Positions 1-14,035 of a DNA stretch of 64,000 nt are shown here, piece by piece (position 1 is the first letter of the stretch; every line of letters begins with the position of its first letter). The notes beneath the pieces were generated by a model. The model had not been told where the DNA came from. It worked only from the letters and a program-made list of their open reading frames with translations, and ran no database searches. Both the position numbers and the translations under genes were made by a program. The stretch comes from Eledone cirrhosa (lineage: Eukaryota), in contig CAXHJY010001692.1 in assembly GCA_964016885.1 (NCBI GenBank), positions 149,226 through 213,225 of the forward strand, given 5' to 3'.

Positions 1-3000
1 CTGGGGCAGGTCTTCATACATTATACCACGTCTGGTCAGTCCACCAGCTGGGGCAGGTATTCACACATTCTACCATGTCTGGTCAGTCTACCAGCTGGGG
101 TAGGTCTTCATACATTCTACCATGTCTGGTCAGTCCACCAGCTGGGGTAGGTCTTCATACATTCTACCATGTCTGGTCAGTCCACCAGCTGGGGTGGGTA
201 TTCATACATTCTACCATGTCTGGTCAGTCCACCACCTGGGGTAGGTGTTCATACATTCTACCATGTCTGGTCAGTCCACCAGCTGGGGGTAGGTCTTCAT
301 ACATTCTACCACGTCGGGTCAGTCCACCAGCTGGGGTAGGTCTTCATACATTCTACCATGTCTGGTCAGTCCACCAGCTGGGGTAGGTCTTCATACATTC
401 TACCATGTCTGGTCAGTCCACCAGCTGGGGTGGGTATTCATACATTCTACCATGTCTGGTCAGTCCACGAGCTGGGGCAGGTCTTCATACATTCTACCAT
501 GTCTGGTCAGTCCACCAGCTGGAGTAGGTCTTCATACATTCTACCATGTCTGGTCAGTCCACCATTTGGGGTAGGTCTTCATACATTCTACCATGTCTGG
601 TCAGTCCACCATTTGGGGTAGGTCTTCATACATTCTAACATGTCTGGTCAGTCCACCAGCTGGGATAGGTCTTCATACATTCTACCATGTCTGGTCAGTC
701 CACCATTTGGGGCAGGTCTTCATACATTCTACCATGTCTGGTCAGTCCACCAGCTGGGGCAGGTCTTCATACATTCTACCATGTCTGGTCAGTCCACCAG
801 CTGGGGTAGGTCTTCATACATTCTACCATGCCTGGTCAGTCCACCATTTGGGGTAGGTCTTCATACATTCTACCATGTCTGGTCAGTCCACCATTTGGGG
901 CAGGTCTTCATACATTCTACCATGTCTGGTCAGTTCACCAGCTGGTGTAGGTCTTCATACATTCTACCATGTCTGGTCAGTCCACCATTTTGGGTAGGTC
1001 TTCATACATTCTACCATGTCTGGTCAGTCCACCAGCTGGGGCAGGTCTTCATACATTCTACCACATCTGTTCAGTCCACCAGCTGGGGTAGGTCTTCATA
1101 CATTCTACCATGTCTGGTCAGTCCACCAGCTGGGGTAGGTCTTCATACATTCTACCATGTCTGGTCAGTCCACCATTTGGGGCAGGTCTTCATACATTCT
1201 ACCATGTCTGGTCAGTCCACCAGCTGGGGCAGGTCTTCATACATTCTACCATGTCTGGTCAGTCCACCAGCTGGTGTAGGTCTTCATACATTCTACCATG
1301 TCTGGTCAGTCCACCAGCTGGTGTAGGTCTTCATACATTCTACCATGTCTGGTCAGTCCACCATTTGGGGTAGGTCTTCATACATTCTACCATGTCTGGT
1401 CAGTCCACCAGCTGGGGCAGGTCTTCATACATTCTACCATGTCTGGTCAGTCCACCAGCTGGGGTAGGTCTTCATACATTCTACCATGTCTGGTCAGTCC
1501 ACCAGCTGGGGTAGGTCTTCATACATTCTACCATGTCTGGTCAGTCCACCATTTGGGGTAGGTCTTCATACATTCTACCATGTCTGGTCAGTCCACCAGC
1601 TGGGGCAGGTCTTCATACATTCTACCATGTCTGGTCAGTCCACCAGCTGGGTTAGGTCTTCATACATTCTACCATATCTGGTCAGTCCACCAGCTGGGGC
1701 AGGTCTTCATACATTCTACCATATCTGGTCAGTCCACCAGCTGGGATAGGTCTTCATACATTCTACCATGTCTGGTCAGTCCACCAGCTGGGGCAGGTGT
1801 TCATGCATTCTACCATGTCTGGTCAGTCCACCAGCTGGGGCAGGTGTTCATGCATTCTACCACATCTGGTCAGTCCACCAGCTGGGGCAGGTCTTCATAC
1901 ACTCTACCAGCTGGGGTAGGTCTTTATACATTCTACCATGTCTGGTCAGTCTACCAGTTGGGGTAGGTCTTCATACATTCTACCATGTCTGGTCAGTCTA
2001 CCAGCTGGGGTAGGTCTTCATACATTCTACCATGTCTGGTCAGTCCACCAGCTGGGGCAGGTCTTCATACATTCTACCATGTCTGGTCAGTCCACCAGCT
2101 GGGGCAGGTCTTCATACATTCTACCACGTCTGGTCAGTCCACCAGCTGGGGCAGGTCTTCATACATTCTACCACGTCTGGTCAGTCCACCAGCTGGGGCA
2201 GGTCTTCATACATTCTACCACGTCTGGTCAGTCTACCAGCTGGGGTAGGTCTTCATACATTCTACCATGTCTGGTCAGTCCACCAGCTGGGGCAGGTCTT
2301 CATACATTCTACCACGACTGGTCAGTCCACCAGCTGGGGCAGGTCTTCATACATTCTACCACGTCTGGTCAGTCTACCAGATGGGGTAGGTCTTCATACA
2401 TTCTACCATGTCTGGTCAGTCTACCAGCTGGGGTAGGTCTTCATACATTCTACCATGTCTGGTCAGTCCACCAGCTGGGGTAGGTCTTCATACATTCTAC
2501 AATGTCTGGTCAGTCTACCAGCTGGGGTAGGTCTTCATACATTCTACCATGTCTGGTCAGTCCACCAGCTGGGGTAGGTCTTCATACATTCTACCATGTC
2601 TGGTCAGTCCACCAGCTGGGGTAGGTCTTCATACATTCTACCATGTCTGGTCAGTCCACCAGCTGGGGGTAGGTCTTCATACATTCTACCATGTCTGGTC
2701 AGTCCACCAGCTGGGGTAGGTCTTCATACATTCTACCATGTCTGGTCAGTCCACCAGCTGGGGTAGGTCTTCATACATTCTACCATGTCTGGTCAGTCTA
2801 CCAGCTGGGGTAGGTCTTCATACATTCTACCATGTCTGGTCAGTCCACCAGCTGGGATAGGTCTTCATACATTCTACCATGTCTGGTCAGTCCACCAGCT
2901 GGGGCAGGTATTCACACATTCTACCATGTCTGGTCAGTCCACCAGCTGGGGCAGGTCTTCATACATTCTACCACGTCTGGTCAGTCCACCAACTGGGGCA

Positions 3001-6000
3001 GGTATTCACACATTCTACCATGTCTGGTCAGTCCACCAGCTGGGGTAGGTCTTCATACATTCTACCATGTCTGGTCAGTCCACCAGCTGGGGTAGGTCTT
3101 CATACATTCTACCATCTCTGGTCAGTCCACCAGCTGGGGTGGGTATTCATACATTCTACCATGTCTGGTCAGTCCACCACCTGGGGTAGGTCTTCATACA
3201 TTCTACCATGTCTGGTCAGTCCACCAGCTGGGGGTACGTCTTCATACATTCTACCACGTCTGGTCAGTCCACCAGCTGGGGTAGGTCTTCATACATTCTA
3301 CCATGTCTGGTCAGTCTACCAGCTGGGGTAGGTCTTCATACATTCTACCATGTCTGGTCAGTCCACCAGCTGGGGTGGGTATTCATACATTCTACCATGT
3401 CTGGTCAGTCCACGAGCTGGGGCAGGTCTTCATACATTCTACCATGTCTGGTCAGTCCACCAGCTGGAGTAGGTCTTCATACATTCTACCATGTCTGGTC
3501 AGTCCACCAGCTGGGGTAGGTCTTCATACATTCTACCATGTCTGGTCAGTCCACCAGCTGGGGGTAGGTCTTCATACATTCTACCACGTCTGGTCAGTCC
3601 ACCAGCTGGGGTAGGTCTTCATACATTCTACGATGTCTGGTCAGTCCACCAGCTGGGGTAGGTCTTCATACATTCTACCATGTCTGGTCAGTCTACCAGC
3701 TGGGGTAGGTCTTCATACATTCTACCATGTCTGGTCAGTCCACCAGCTGGGGTGGGTCTTCATACATTCTACCATGTCTGGTCAGTCCACCAGCTGGGGT
3801 AGGTCTTCATACATTCTACCATGTCTGGTCAGTCCACCAACTGGGGTAGGTCTTCATACATTCTACCATGTCTGGTCAGTCCACCAGCTGGGGCAGGTCT
3901 TCATACATTCTACCATGTCTGGTCAGTCTACCAGCTGGGGTAGGTCTTCATACATTCGACCATGTCTGGTCAGTCCACCAGCTGGGATAGGTCTTCATAC
4001 ATTCTACCATGTCTGGTCAGTCCACCAGCTGGGGTAGGTCTTCATACATTCTACCATGTCTGGTCAGTCCACCAGCTGGGGCAGGTCTTCATACATTCTA
4101 CCATGTCTGGTCAGTCTACCAGCTGGGGTAGGTCTTCATACATTCGACCATGTCTGGTCAGTCCACCAGCTGGGATAGGTCTTCATACATTCTACCATGT
4201 CTGGTCAGTCCACCAGCTGGGGTAGGTCTTCATACATTCTACCATGTCTGGTCAGTCCACCAGCTGGGGAAGGTCTTCATACATTTTACCATGTCTGGTC
4301 AGTCTACCAGCTGGGGTAGGTCTTCATACATTCTACCATGTCTGGTCAGTCCACCAGCTGGGATAGGTCTTCATACATTCTACCATGTCTGGTCAGTCCA
4401 CCAGCTGGGGTAGGTCTTCATACATTCTAGCATGTCTGGTCAGTCCACCATTGGGGTAGGTCTTCATACATTCTCCCATATCTGGTCAGTCCACCAGCTG
4501 GGGGAGGTCTTCATACATTCTACCACGTCTGGTCAGTCCACTAGCTGGGGTAGGTCTTCATACATTCGACCATGTCTGGTCAGTCCACCAGCTGGGATAG
4601 GTCTTCATACATTCTACCATGTCTGGTCAGTCCACCAGCTGGGGCAGGTCTTCATACATTCTACCACGTCTGGTCAGTCCACCAGCTGGGGTAGGTCTTC
4701 ATACATTCTACCATGTCTGGTCAGTCCACCATTGGGGTAGGTCTTCATACATTCTACCATATCTGGTCAGTCCACCAGCTGGGGGAGGTCTTCATACATT
4801 CTACCACGTCTGGTCAGTCCACCAGCTGGGGTAGGTCTTCATACATTCGACCATGTCTGGTCAGTCTACCAGCTGGGGTAGGTCTTCATACATTCGACCA
4901 TGTCTGGTCAGTCCACCAGCTGGGGTAGGTCTTCATACATTCTACCATGTCTGGTCAGTCCACCATTGGGGTAGGTCTTCATACATTCTACCATGTCTGG
5001 TCAGTCTACCAGCTGGGGTAGGTCTTCATACATTCTACCATGTCTGGTCAGTCCACCAGCTGGGGCAGGTCTTCATACATTCTACCACGTCTGGTCAGTC
5101 CACCAGCTGGGGTAGGTCTTCATACATTCTACCATGTGTGGCCAGTCCACCAGCTTGGGCAGGTCTTCATACATTCTACCATGTGTGGTCAGTCCACCAG
5201 CTGGGGTAGGTCTTCATACATTCTACCACGTCTGGTCAGTCCACCAGCTGGGGTAGGTCTTCATACATTCTACCATGTCTGGTCAGTCCACCAGCTGGGG
5301 CAGGTCTTCATACATTCTACCACGTCTGGTCAGTCCACCAGCTGGGGTAGGTCTTCATACATTCTACCATGTCTGGTCAGTCCACCAGCTGGGGCAGGTC
5401 TTCATCTATTCTACCATGACTGGTCAATTCACCAGCTGGGGCAGGTCTTCATACATTCTACCATGTCTGGTCAGTCTACCAGCTGGGGTAGGTCTTCATA
5501 CATTCTACCATGTCTGGTCAGTCCACCAGCTGGGGCAGGTCTTCATACATTCTACCATGTCTGGTCAGTCCACCAGCTGGGGTAGGTCTTCATACATTCT
5601 ACCATGTCTGGTCAGTCCACCAGCTGGGGCAGGTCTTCATACATTCTACCATGTCTGGTCAGTCCACCAGCTGGGGCAGGTCTTCATACATTCTACCATG
5701 TCTGGTCAGTCCACCAGCTGGGGCAGGTCTTCATACATTCTACCATGTCTGGTCAGTCCACCAGCTGTGGCAGGTCTTCATCTATTCTACCATGACTGGT
5801 CAGTCCACCAGCGGGGGTGGGTCTTCATACATTCTACCATGTCTGGTCAGTCCACCAGCTGGGGCAGGTCTTCATACATTCTACCATGTCTGGTCAGTCC
5901 ACCAGTGGGGTAGTCTTTATACATTCTACCATGTCTGGTCAGCCTACCACTGGGGTGGGTCTTCATACATTCTACCATGTCTGGTCAGTCTACCAGCTGG

Positions 6001-9000
6001 GGTAGGTCTTCATACATTCTACCATGTCTGGTCAGTCTAGCAGCTGGGGTAGGTCTTCATACATTCTACCATGTCTGGTCAGTCTACCAGCTGGGGTAGG
6101 TCTTCATACATTCTACCATGTCTGGTCATTCTACCAGCTGGGGTAGGTCTTCATACATTCTACCATGTCTGGTCAGTCTACCAGCTGGGGTAGGTCTTCA
6201 TACATTCTACCATGTCTGGTCAGTCTACCTGCTGGGGTAGGTCTTCATACATTCTACCATGTCTGGTCAGTCTACCAGCTGGGGTAGGTCTTCATACATT
6301 CTACCATGTCTGGTCAGTCTACCAGCTGGGGTAGGTCTTCATACATTCTACCATGTCTGGTCAATCTACCAGCTGGGATAGGTCTTCATACATTCTACCA
6401 TGTCTGGTCAGTCTACCAGCTGGGGTAGGTCTTCATACATTCTTCCATCTCTGGTCAGTCTACCAGCTGGGGTAGGTCTTCATACATTCTACCATGTCTG
6501 GTCAGTCTACCAGCTGGGGTAGGTCTTCATACATTCTACCATGTCTGGTCAGTCTACCAGCTGGGGTAGGTCTTCATACATTCTACCATGTCTGGTCAGT
6601 CTACCAGCTGGGGTAGGTCTTCATACATTCTACCATGTCTGGTCAGTCTACCAGCTGGGGTAGGTCTTCATACATTCTACCATGTCTGGTCAGTCTACCA
6701 GCTGGGGTAGGTCTTCATACATTCTACCATGTCTGGTCAGTCTACCAGCTGGGGTAGGTCTTCATACATTCTACCATGTCTGGTCAGTCTACCAGCTGGG
6801 ATAGGTCTTCATACATTCTACCATGTCTGGTCAGTCTACCAGCTGGGGTAGGTCTTCATACATTCTACCATGTCTGGTCAGTCCACCAGCTGGGGTAGGT
6901 CTTCATACATTCTACCATGTCTTGTCAGTCCACCAGCTGGGGTGGGTCTTCATACATTCTACCATGTCTGGTCAGTCCACCAGCTGGGGTAGGTCTTCAT
7001 ACATTCTACCATGTCTGGTCAGTCCACCATTTGGGGTAGGTCTTCATACATTCTACCATATCTGGTCAGTCCACCAGCTGGGGTAGGTCTTCATACATTC
7101 TACCATGTCTGGTCAGTCCACCAGCTGGGGCAGGTCTTCATACATTCTACCATGTGTGGCCAGTCCACCAGCTTGGGTGGGTCTTCATACATTCTACCAT
7201 GTCTGGTCAGTCCACCAGCTGGGGTAGGTCTTCATACATTCTACCATGTGTGGCCAGTCCACCAGCTGGGGTGGGTCTTCATACATTCTACCATGTGTGG
7301 TCAGTCTACCAGCTGGGTTTGGTCTTTATACATTCTACCATGTCTGGTCAGTCCACCAGCTGGGGTAGGTCTTCATACATTCTACCTTGTCTGGTCAGTC
7401 CACCAGCTGGGGTAGGTCTTCATCTATTCTTCCATGTCTGGTCAGTCCACCAGCTGGGGCAGGTCTTCATACATTCTACCACGTCTGGTCAGTCCACCAG
7501 CTGGGGCAGGTCTTCATCTATTCTACCATGACTGGTCAGTTCACCAGCTGGGGCAGGTCTTCATACATTCTACCATGTCTGGTCAGTCCACCAGCTGGAG
7601 TAGGTCTTCATACATTCTACAATGTCTGGTCAGTCCACCAGCTGGGGTGGGTCTTCATACATTCTACCATGTCTGGTCAGTTCACCAGCTGGGGTAGGTC
7701 TTCATACATTCTACCATGTCTGGTCAGTCCACCATTTGGGGTAGGTCTTCATCTATTCTACCATGACTGGTCAGTTCACCAACTGGGGCAGGTCTTCATA
7801 CATTCTACCATGTCTGGTCAGTCCACCAGCTGGAGTAGGTCTTCATACATTCTACCATGTCTGGTCAGTCCACCAGCTGGGGTGGGTCTTCATACATTCT
7901 ACCATGTCTGGTCAGTCCACCAGCTGGGGTAGGTCTTCATACATTCTACCATGTCTGGTCAGTCCACCAGCTGGGGCAGGTCTTCATACATTCTACCATG
8001 TGTGGCCAGTCCACCAGCTTGGGTGGGTCTTCATACATTCTACCATGTCTGGTCAGTCCACCAGCTGGGGTAGGTCTTCATACATTCTACCATGTCTGGT
8101 CAGTCCACCAGCTGGGGTAGGTCTTCATACATTCTACCATGTCTGGTCAGTCCACCAGCTGGGTTTGGTCTTTATACATTCTACCATGTCTGGTCAGTCC
8201 ACCAGCTGGGGCAGGTCTTCATCTATTCTTCCATGTCTGGTCAGTCCACCAGCTGGGGTGGGTCTTCATACATTCTACCACGTCTGGTCAGTCTACCAGC
8301 TGGGTTTGGTCTTTATACATTCTACCATGTCTGGTCAGTCCACCAGCTGGGGCAGGTCTTCATACATTCTACCATGTCTGGTCAGTCCACCACTGGGGTG
8401 GGTCTTCATACATTCTACCATGTCTGGTCAGTCCACCAGCTGGGGTAGGTCTTCATACATTCTACCATGTCTGGTCAGTCCACCAGCTGGGGCAGGTCTT
8501 CATCTATTCTTCCATGTCTGGTCAGTCCACCAGCTGGGGTGGGTCTTCATACATTCTACCATGTCTGGTCAGTCCACCAGCTGGGGCAGGTCTTCATACA
8601 TTCTACCTTGTCTGGTCAGTCCACCATTTGGGATAGGTCTTCATACATTCTACCATGTCTGGTCAGTCCACCAGCTGGGGTAGGTCTTCATACATTCTAC
8701 CATGTCTGGTCAGTCCACCATTTGGGGTAGGTCTTCATACATTCTACCATGTCTGGTCAGTCCACCATTTGGGGTAGGTCTTCATACATTCTAACATGTC
8801 TGGTCAGTCCACCATTTGGGGCAGGTCTTCATACATTCTACCATGTCTGGTCAGTCCACCAGCTGGGGTAGGTCTTCATACATTCTACCATGTCTGGTCA
8901 GTCCACCAGCTGGGACAGGTCTTCATACATTCTACCATGTCTGGTCAGTCCACCATTTGGGGCAGGTCTTCATACATTCTACCATGTCTGGTCAGTCCAC

Positions 9001-9621
9001 CAGCTGGTGTAGGTCTTCATACATTCTACCATGTCTGGTCAGTCCACCAGCTGGGGTAGGTCTTCATACATTCTACCACGTCTGGTCAGTCCACCAGCTG
9101 GGGCAGGTCTTCATACATTCTACCATGTCTGGTCAGTCCACCAGCTGGGGTGGGTCTTCATACATTCTACCACGTCTGGTCAGTCCACCAGCTGGGGCAG
9201 GTCTTCATACATTCTACCATGTCTGGTCAGTCCACCAGCTGGGGCAGGTCTTCATACATTCTACCATGTCTGGTCAGTCCACCAGCTGGGGCAGGTCTTC
9301 ATACATTCTACCTTGTCTGGTCAGTCCACCAGCTGGAGCAGGTCTTCATACATTCTACCATGTCTGGTCAGTCCACCAGCTGGGGTAGGTCTTCATACAT
9401 TCTACCATGTCTGGTCAGTCTACCAGCTGGGTTAGGTCTTCATACATTCTACCATGTCTGGTCAGTCCACCAGCTGGGGTAGGTCTTCATACATTCTACC
9501 ATGTCTGGTCAGTCCACCAGCTGGGGCAGGTCTTCATACATTCTACCATGTCTGGTCAGTCCACCAGCTGGGGTAGGTCTTCATACATTCTACCATGTCT
9601 GGTCAGTCCACCAGCTGGGGT
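1..9621. repeat. 47-bp tandem satellite array (~205 monomers, runs off the window start)
   Basis: Consensus CTGGGGTAGGTCTTCATACATTCTACCATGTCTGGTCAGTCCACCAG repeated head-to-tail with few substitutions and no unique spacers; all ORFs in 75-9692 are its translations. Confidence 0.98.
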
Positions 9622-9869
9622 ACAAATTAAGCCACACTCACTGCAAATATACCGTAGAGTGTGACAATGGAACCGTCTCACGGTTGGCTTGATACCTCCC
9701 TGGCTCGTGTAATTTCAGATGGTTGACAAATACAGCCCTTGTTCGAAGATACATTACCACATATATTGCACCTCAATTCCTGCAGGATTTTTACATGTAC
9801 TCCACTTGAGTTACGCTTACGAAGTGAACGGTTCAAAACAGCATCATATGTTCTACTCGCATATACTGG

Positions 9870-10147
9870 TACACACACACGCTCACGCACACACTCACGC
9901 CCACGCGCACACACGCACTCGCGCACTCACGCACTCAATCTCTCACGCATTCATTTTCTCACTCATTCACTTTCTCACGCACTCACTATCACGCATTCAC
10001 TCCCTCACTCACTCGCTCACTCACTCACTCTTTCACCCACTCTCTCACTCTCTCACCCACTCTCTCACTCTCTCACCCACCCACTCACTCTGTCTCTCAC
10101 TCTCACTCATTCGCACTCTCTCACACACTCACTCTCTCGCACACACA
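9870..10147. repeat. (CA)/(CACT)n low-complexity tract
   Basis: Degenerate cact/ctca repeats read directly. Confidence 0.85.
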
Positions 10148-10628
10148 ATATACAATCCAGTAACAGTTTAGGTCTACTGTTACATATGATCCCATAAATA
10201 TGTATGGTGAAGATAACCTCGATTTGAACTCAGAACTCAAAGGGTCATAACTTTATAACACAAAGCATCTTTTCCGACGCTCTACCGATCTTCGTCTTAA
10301 AATATCTAAAACTAAACTTTAAATCTTCAGTTATACTTCTTACGTTCATGAAAATTACTTTTTGAAATAATTATTTGAATGTTGAATTTAAAGATAAGAA
10401 TTAGTTAATTTCGCTCTTCGTCTCTCTAAGGTGGTTTAAATGAATACCAGTCATTTGCTTGGGGTTAAACATATATATAAGTTTATCCCCGGTTCAATCG
10501 GGTGTAACCACAGTAAGTGAGGTATTTAATACATTGCAGAGTATAACTATTTAATATATAATATTCAATATAGAAAAGACTTCTACATGATTTCTCACGA
10601 ATGAAACAGTTCTAGTCCTGTAGAAGTC

Positions 10629-10701
<73 letters not shown>

Positions 10702-10704
<3 letters not shown>

Positions 10705-10850
10705 CGAAGGAAATGTGGTAAGGAACCAGGTGGAACATAACGCACCAAAGTACTCAGTACTTAGGGTAGTAGAGAAAGTGGGTAATAGGAACGAGTAGGA
10801 CCCCGACGGCTGAGCTCAAGCCGTTTCGACGGCTAATTCTAGTTATATTA
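10702..10850 (-). mobile_element. Short interspersed element next to (TA)n; family shared with 51866-51955 and 56252-56438
   Basis: Shared motifs AACGAAGGAAAT..GGTAAGGAACCAG and GACCCCGACGGC.GAGCTCAAGCCGTTTCGACGGCTA. Confidence 0.7.
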
Positions 10851-11311
10851 ATATAACTTATCCGCTACAAATATGTCGCTAGATATTTCCTTTGGTGTAA
10901 GAAATGATTCATAACTTCATGTTCTACGTCACGTACATGTAAGGGGGTATTGCTTGGTGTCTGTGTGTGAGCGTGCCTATGTGTGTCCGTGTGTAGGGGT
11001 GAGCGTGCGTGTGAGTGCGAGTCTGTGTGCAAGTGGGAGCCTGTGTACCTCCGTGGGAGTGCGTGTGAGCGTGTTCATTTCTGAGATTGTGTGTGTGTAT
11101 GTGTGGTAGCGTGGGGGTCTGCGTGAGACTGTGACCGTGTGTATGTGTGCATGTGTGTGGAGTGCGCGTCAATGTGTGCTGGAGCCTGTGCGTGTATGTG
11201 AGACTGTGTGTGGGAGAGAGTGAGCGTGTTCATTTGTGAGTGTATGTATATGTGTGGGGTGCGCGTCTGTGTGTGTGGGAGCGAATGCGTTTGTGTGCGG
11301 GTGTCTATATG

Positions 11312-11342
<31 letters not shown>

Positions 11343-11505
11343 TATGTAAGGACCTTATTTTGTTCTGCTGGTGTAAGCTCAAAGAACAACAAACAAAATG
11401 GCGTATGTATTGGTTGACAGTTGGGATTATAAGTAGACACGTGTTTAGATAAGTGTACGAACTCACTGACACTTTGTTGTGTTGTTCATGGGAAACTTAC
11501 CTCTA

Positions 11506-11506
<1 letters not shown>

Positions 11507-11576
<70 letters not shown>

Positions 11577-12010
11577 CGTGTGTGAGTGTGTGTGTGTATG
11601 TGTGTGTGTGATATATGTGTGTGTCTCTGTATATATGTGTGTGTCTCTGTATATATGTGTGTGTGTGTGTGTATATATATGTGTGTGTGTATATATATGT
11701 GTGTGTGTGTGTATATATGTATATGTGTGTGTGTATATATATATGTATATGTGTGTGTGTGTGTGTATATATGTATATGTCTGTGTGTATATATGTATAT
11801 GTGTGTGTGTGTGTGTGTGTGTATATGTATATGTGTGTGTGTATATATGTATATGTGTGTGTGTGTGTGTGTATATATGTATATGTGTGTGTGTGTGTGT
11901 ATGTATATATATATGTGTGTGTGTGTATGTATATATGTGTGTGTGTGTATGTATATATGTATATGTGTTTTTGTATATGTGGGTATGTATATGTGTGTGT
12001 TCGTGTGTGC
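11507..12010. repeat. Compound (TA)n/(TG)n microsatellite
   Basis: Direct reading. Confidence 0.95.
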
Positions 12011-12345
12011 AAGTTTGTACAAACGAATTTGTAAAGCCAGGTAAATGTTTGCAGAGATAAGTAAGAACACAAAGGAACGTATACAAATACATACACACAC
12101 TCACAAACACATACACAAACACACACATACAAATACATAAACTCACTCACAAACACACACATACAAATACATAAACTCACTCACAAACACACACATACAA
12201 ATACATAAACTCACCCACACATACAAGACACACACACACACAGATGGGTGGAAAATTAAATAGATGTGGAATCTGTGTAACTCTTTCCCCCCGCCCGCTC
12301 TTGCTCTTTCTATATCTACATATACATTCATGTTTGTGTGTATAT

Positions 12346-12528
12346 AATAATTGTTTCTACTTTTGGCACAAGGCCAGCAATTACCCAGTACATTACTGGT
12401 TCTTTATTTTATCGACCCCGTAAGGATGAAAGGCAAAGTTAACCTCGGCGGGATTGAGAACACAGACTGTAAAGGGACGTAACTCTATGCTGCAAAGCAT
12501 GTCGTCCGACCCTCTGCCGATACTGCCC
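12346..12528 (-). mobile_element. tRNA-derived SINE, family A
   Basis: Reverse complement matches the copy at 42425-42615 (GGCAGTATCGG...CCGCCGAGGTTAACTTTGCCTTTCATCCTTACGGGGTCGATAAAATAAAG...GCTGGCCTTGTGCC). Confidence 0.85.
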
Positions 12529-12726
12529 TGTGTGAATATTATGTTTATATAATAAATCTTCAGGCCTCTTCAAATATTTATATGTACGATATGATAAACG
12601 GGTGTCAGTTGAAAAGTTCATAAGATGACCAAGATACTCTCATGGAATGACCAAATAAGGTTTATTTTTCAACATATTCCCTGGAAAGAAGCAATGTAGT
12701 TATTGATATGAAGAGTTGATTTCACA

Positions 12727-13120
12727 GCTCTGCCCCCACAGCCCTCTCAGGAATAAGTGGGTGGGCATGTCTGAGGTATCCTATCCCCACAGCCCTCGCA
12801 GGAATAAGTGGGTGGACATGTCTGAGGTACCCTATCCCCATAGCCTTCGCAGGAATAAGTGGGTGGGCATGTCTGAGGTACCCTACCCCCACAACCTTCT
12901 CAGGAACAAGTGGGTTGGCATGTCTGAGGTGCCCTGCTCCACAACCCGCCCAGGAATAAGGGGGTGGGCATGTGTGAGGGCGCTGCGCCCACAACCCTCG
13001 CAGGAATAAGTGGGTGGGCATGTGTGAGGACGCTGCTCCCACAACCCTCCCAGGAATAAATGGGTGGGAATGTCTGAAGACCCTGCCCCCCACTCTCTCA
13101 GGAATAAGTGGGAGAAGAAC
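12727..13120 (+). repeat. ~51-bp minisatellite (~8 units) matching an RTE LINE 3' terminus
   Basis: GGAATAA/GGAACAA core recurs at 12750, 12801, 12852, 12903, 12953, 13003, 13053, 13101; CCCTCTCAGGAATAAGTGGG is identical to the RTE end at 54100-54119. Confidence 0.85.
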
Positions 13121-13282
13121 AAGTATGGGCCGTTACAAAAAGAAGGTACTGATCCGTTCATTAGCCAAACATTAAGGTTATCGAATCTCATTTGTTTTGC
13201 TCCAGGAACTCGTGAAGGGGATAAAATTAACGGCATTAAAAATACTATTAAAATTATCTTAATTTCGTATAACATAAACAAG

Positions 13283-13674
13283 GGTTTCTGATTGAGGCAC
13301 AGGGCCAGCAATTCGGGGGGAGGGGAAAGTCAATTAAATCAACCCAATGTATGTTTGGTACTTTGTTTCATCAACCCCGTAGCGATGAAAGGTAAAGCTA
13401 AATTCGGCAGGATTTCAACTTAGAACATAAACGGCCGTAACTCTATGCCGCAAAGCACAATGTCCGTCGCTCTAACAGTACTGCATAACCACTATATAGT
13501 AATTGTTTCTACTATTGGCACAAGGCCAGCAATTACTCAGTACATTACTGGTACTTTATTTTATCGACCTCGTAAGGATGAAAGGCAAAGTTAACCTCGG
13601 CGGGATTTTAACTCAGACCGTAAAAGAGCGTAACTCTGTGCTGCAAAGCATGGCGTCCGATACTGATACTGCCA
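13283..13674 (-). mobile_element. Two tandem tRNA-SINE family A copies (13283-13490, 13499-13674)
   Basis: Each contains GATGAAAGG(C/T)AAAG and the family body; homologous to 42425-42848. Confidence 0.85.
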
Positions 13675-13774
13675 ATAATGAAACAAAGCAATATTAGAAC
13701 ACCAAATTAACGAACAGTTAACTATTTTGATGTATTAATTATATGTAAAGACCCCCTTTAGTGGGGTTCGTACA

Positions 13775-14035
13775 TAGAAAGTGTCTTGCTCAAGAACATA
13801 ATGCATCACCCTTTCCGAGATTCGAACTCACAACTTAACAATTGCAAGTGCAATGCTCTAACTTCTACGCCATACACTTTCATATGTATATTCTAACATT
13901 TGTACAGCTGAGTAAACTGGACCAAAGTGAAATAAAGTGTGTTGCTCGAGGACAAAATGAATCACCCTGTCCGGGAATCGAACTCAAAACTTTACGAATG
14001 CACGCCCAACGTGCTAATCACCAAGCCATACGCTT
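13775..14035 (-). mobile_element. Two tRNA-derived SINE family B heads (CORE-like)
   Basis: AAAGTGTCTTGCTCAAGAAC...GATTCGAACTC is the reverse complement of the family at 50212-50420. Confidence 0.7.

Noticed and set aside
1-9621. CRISPR array or repetitive protein gene
   Set aside because: No unique spacers and no cas genes; the 47-bp unit cycles through all three frames, so the ORFs are artefacts.
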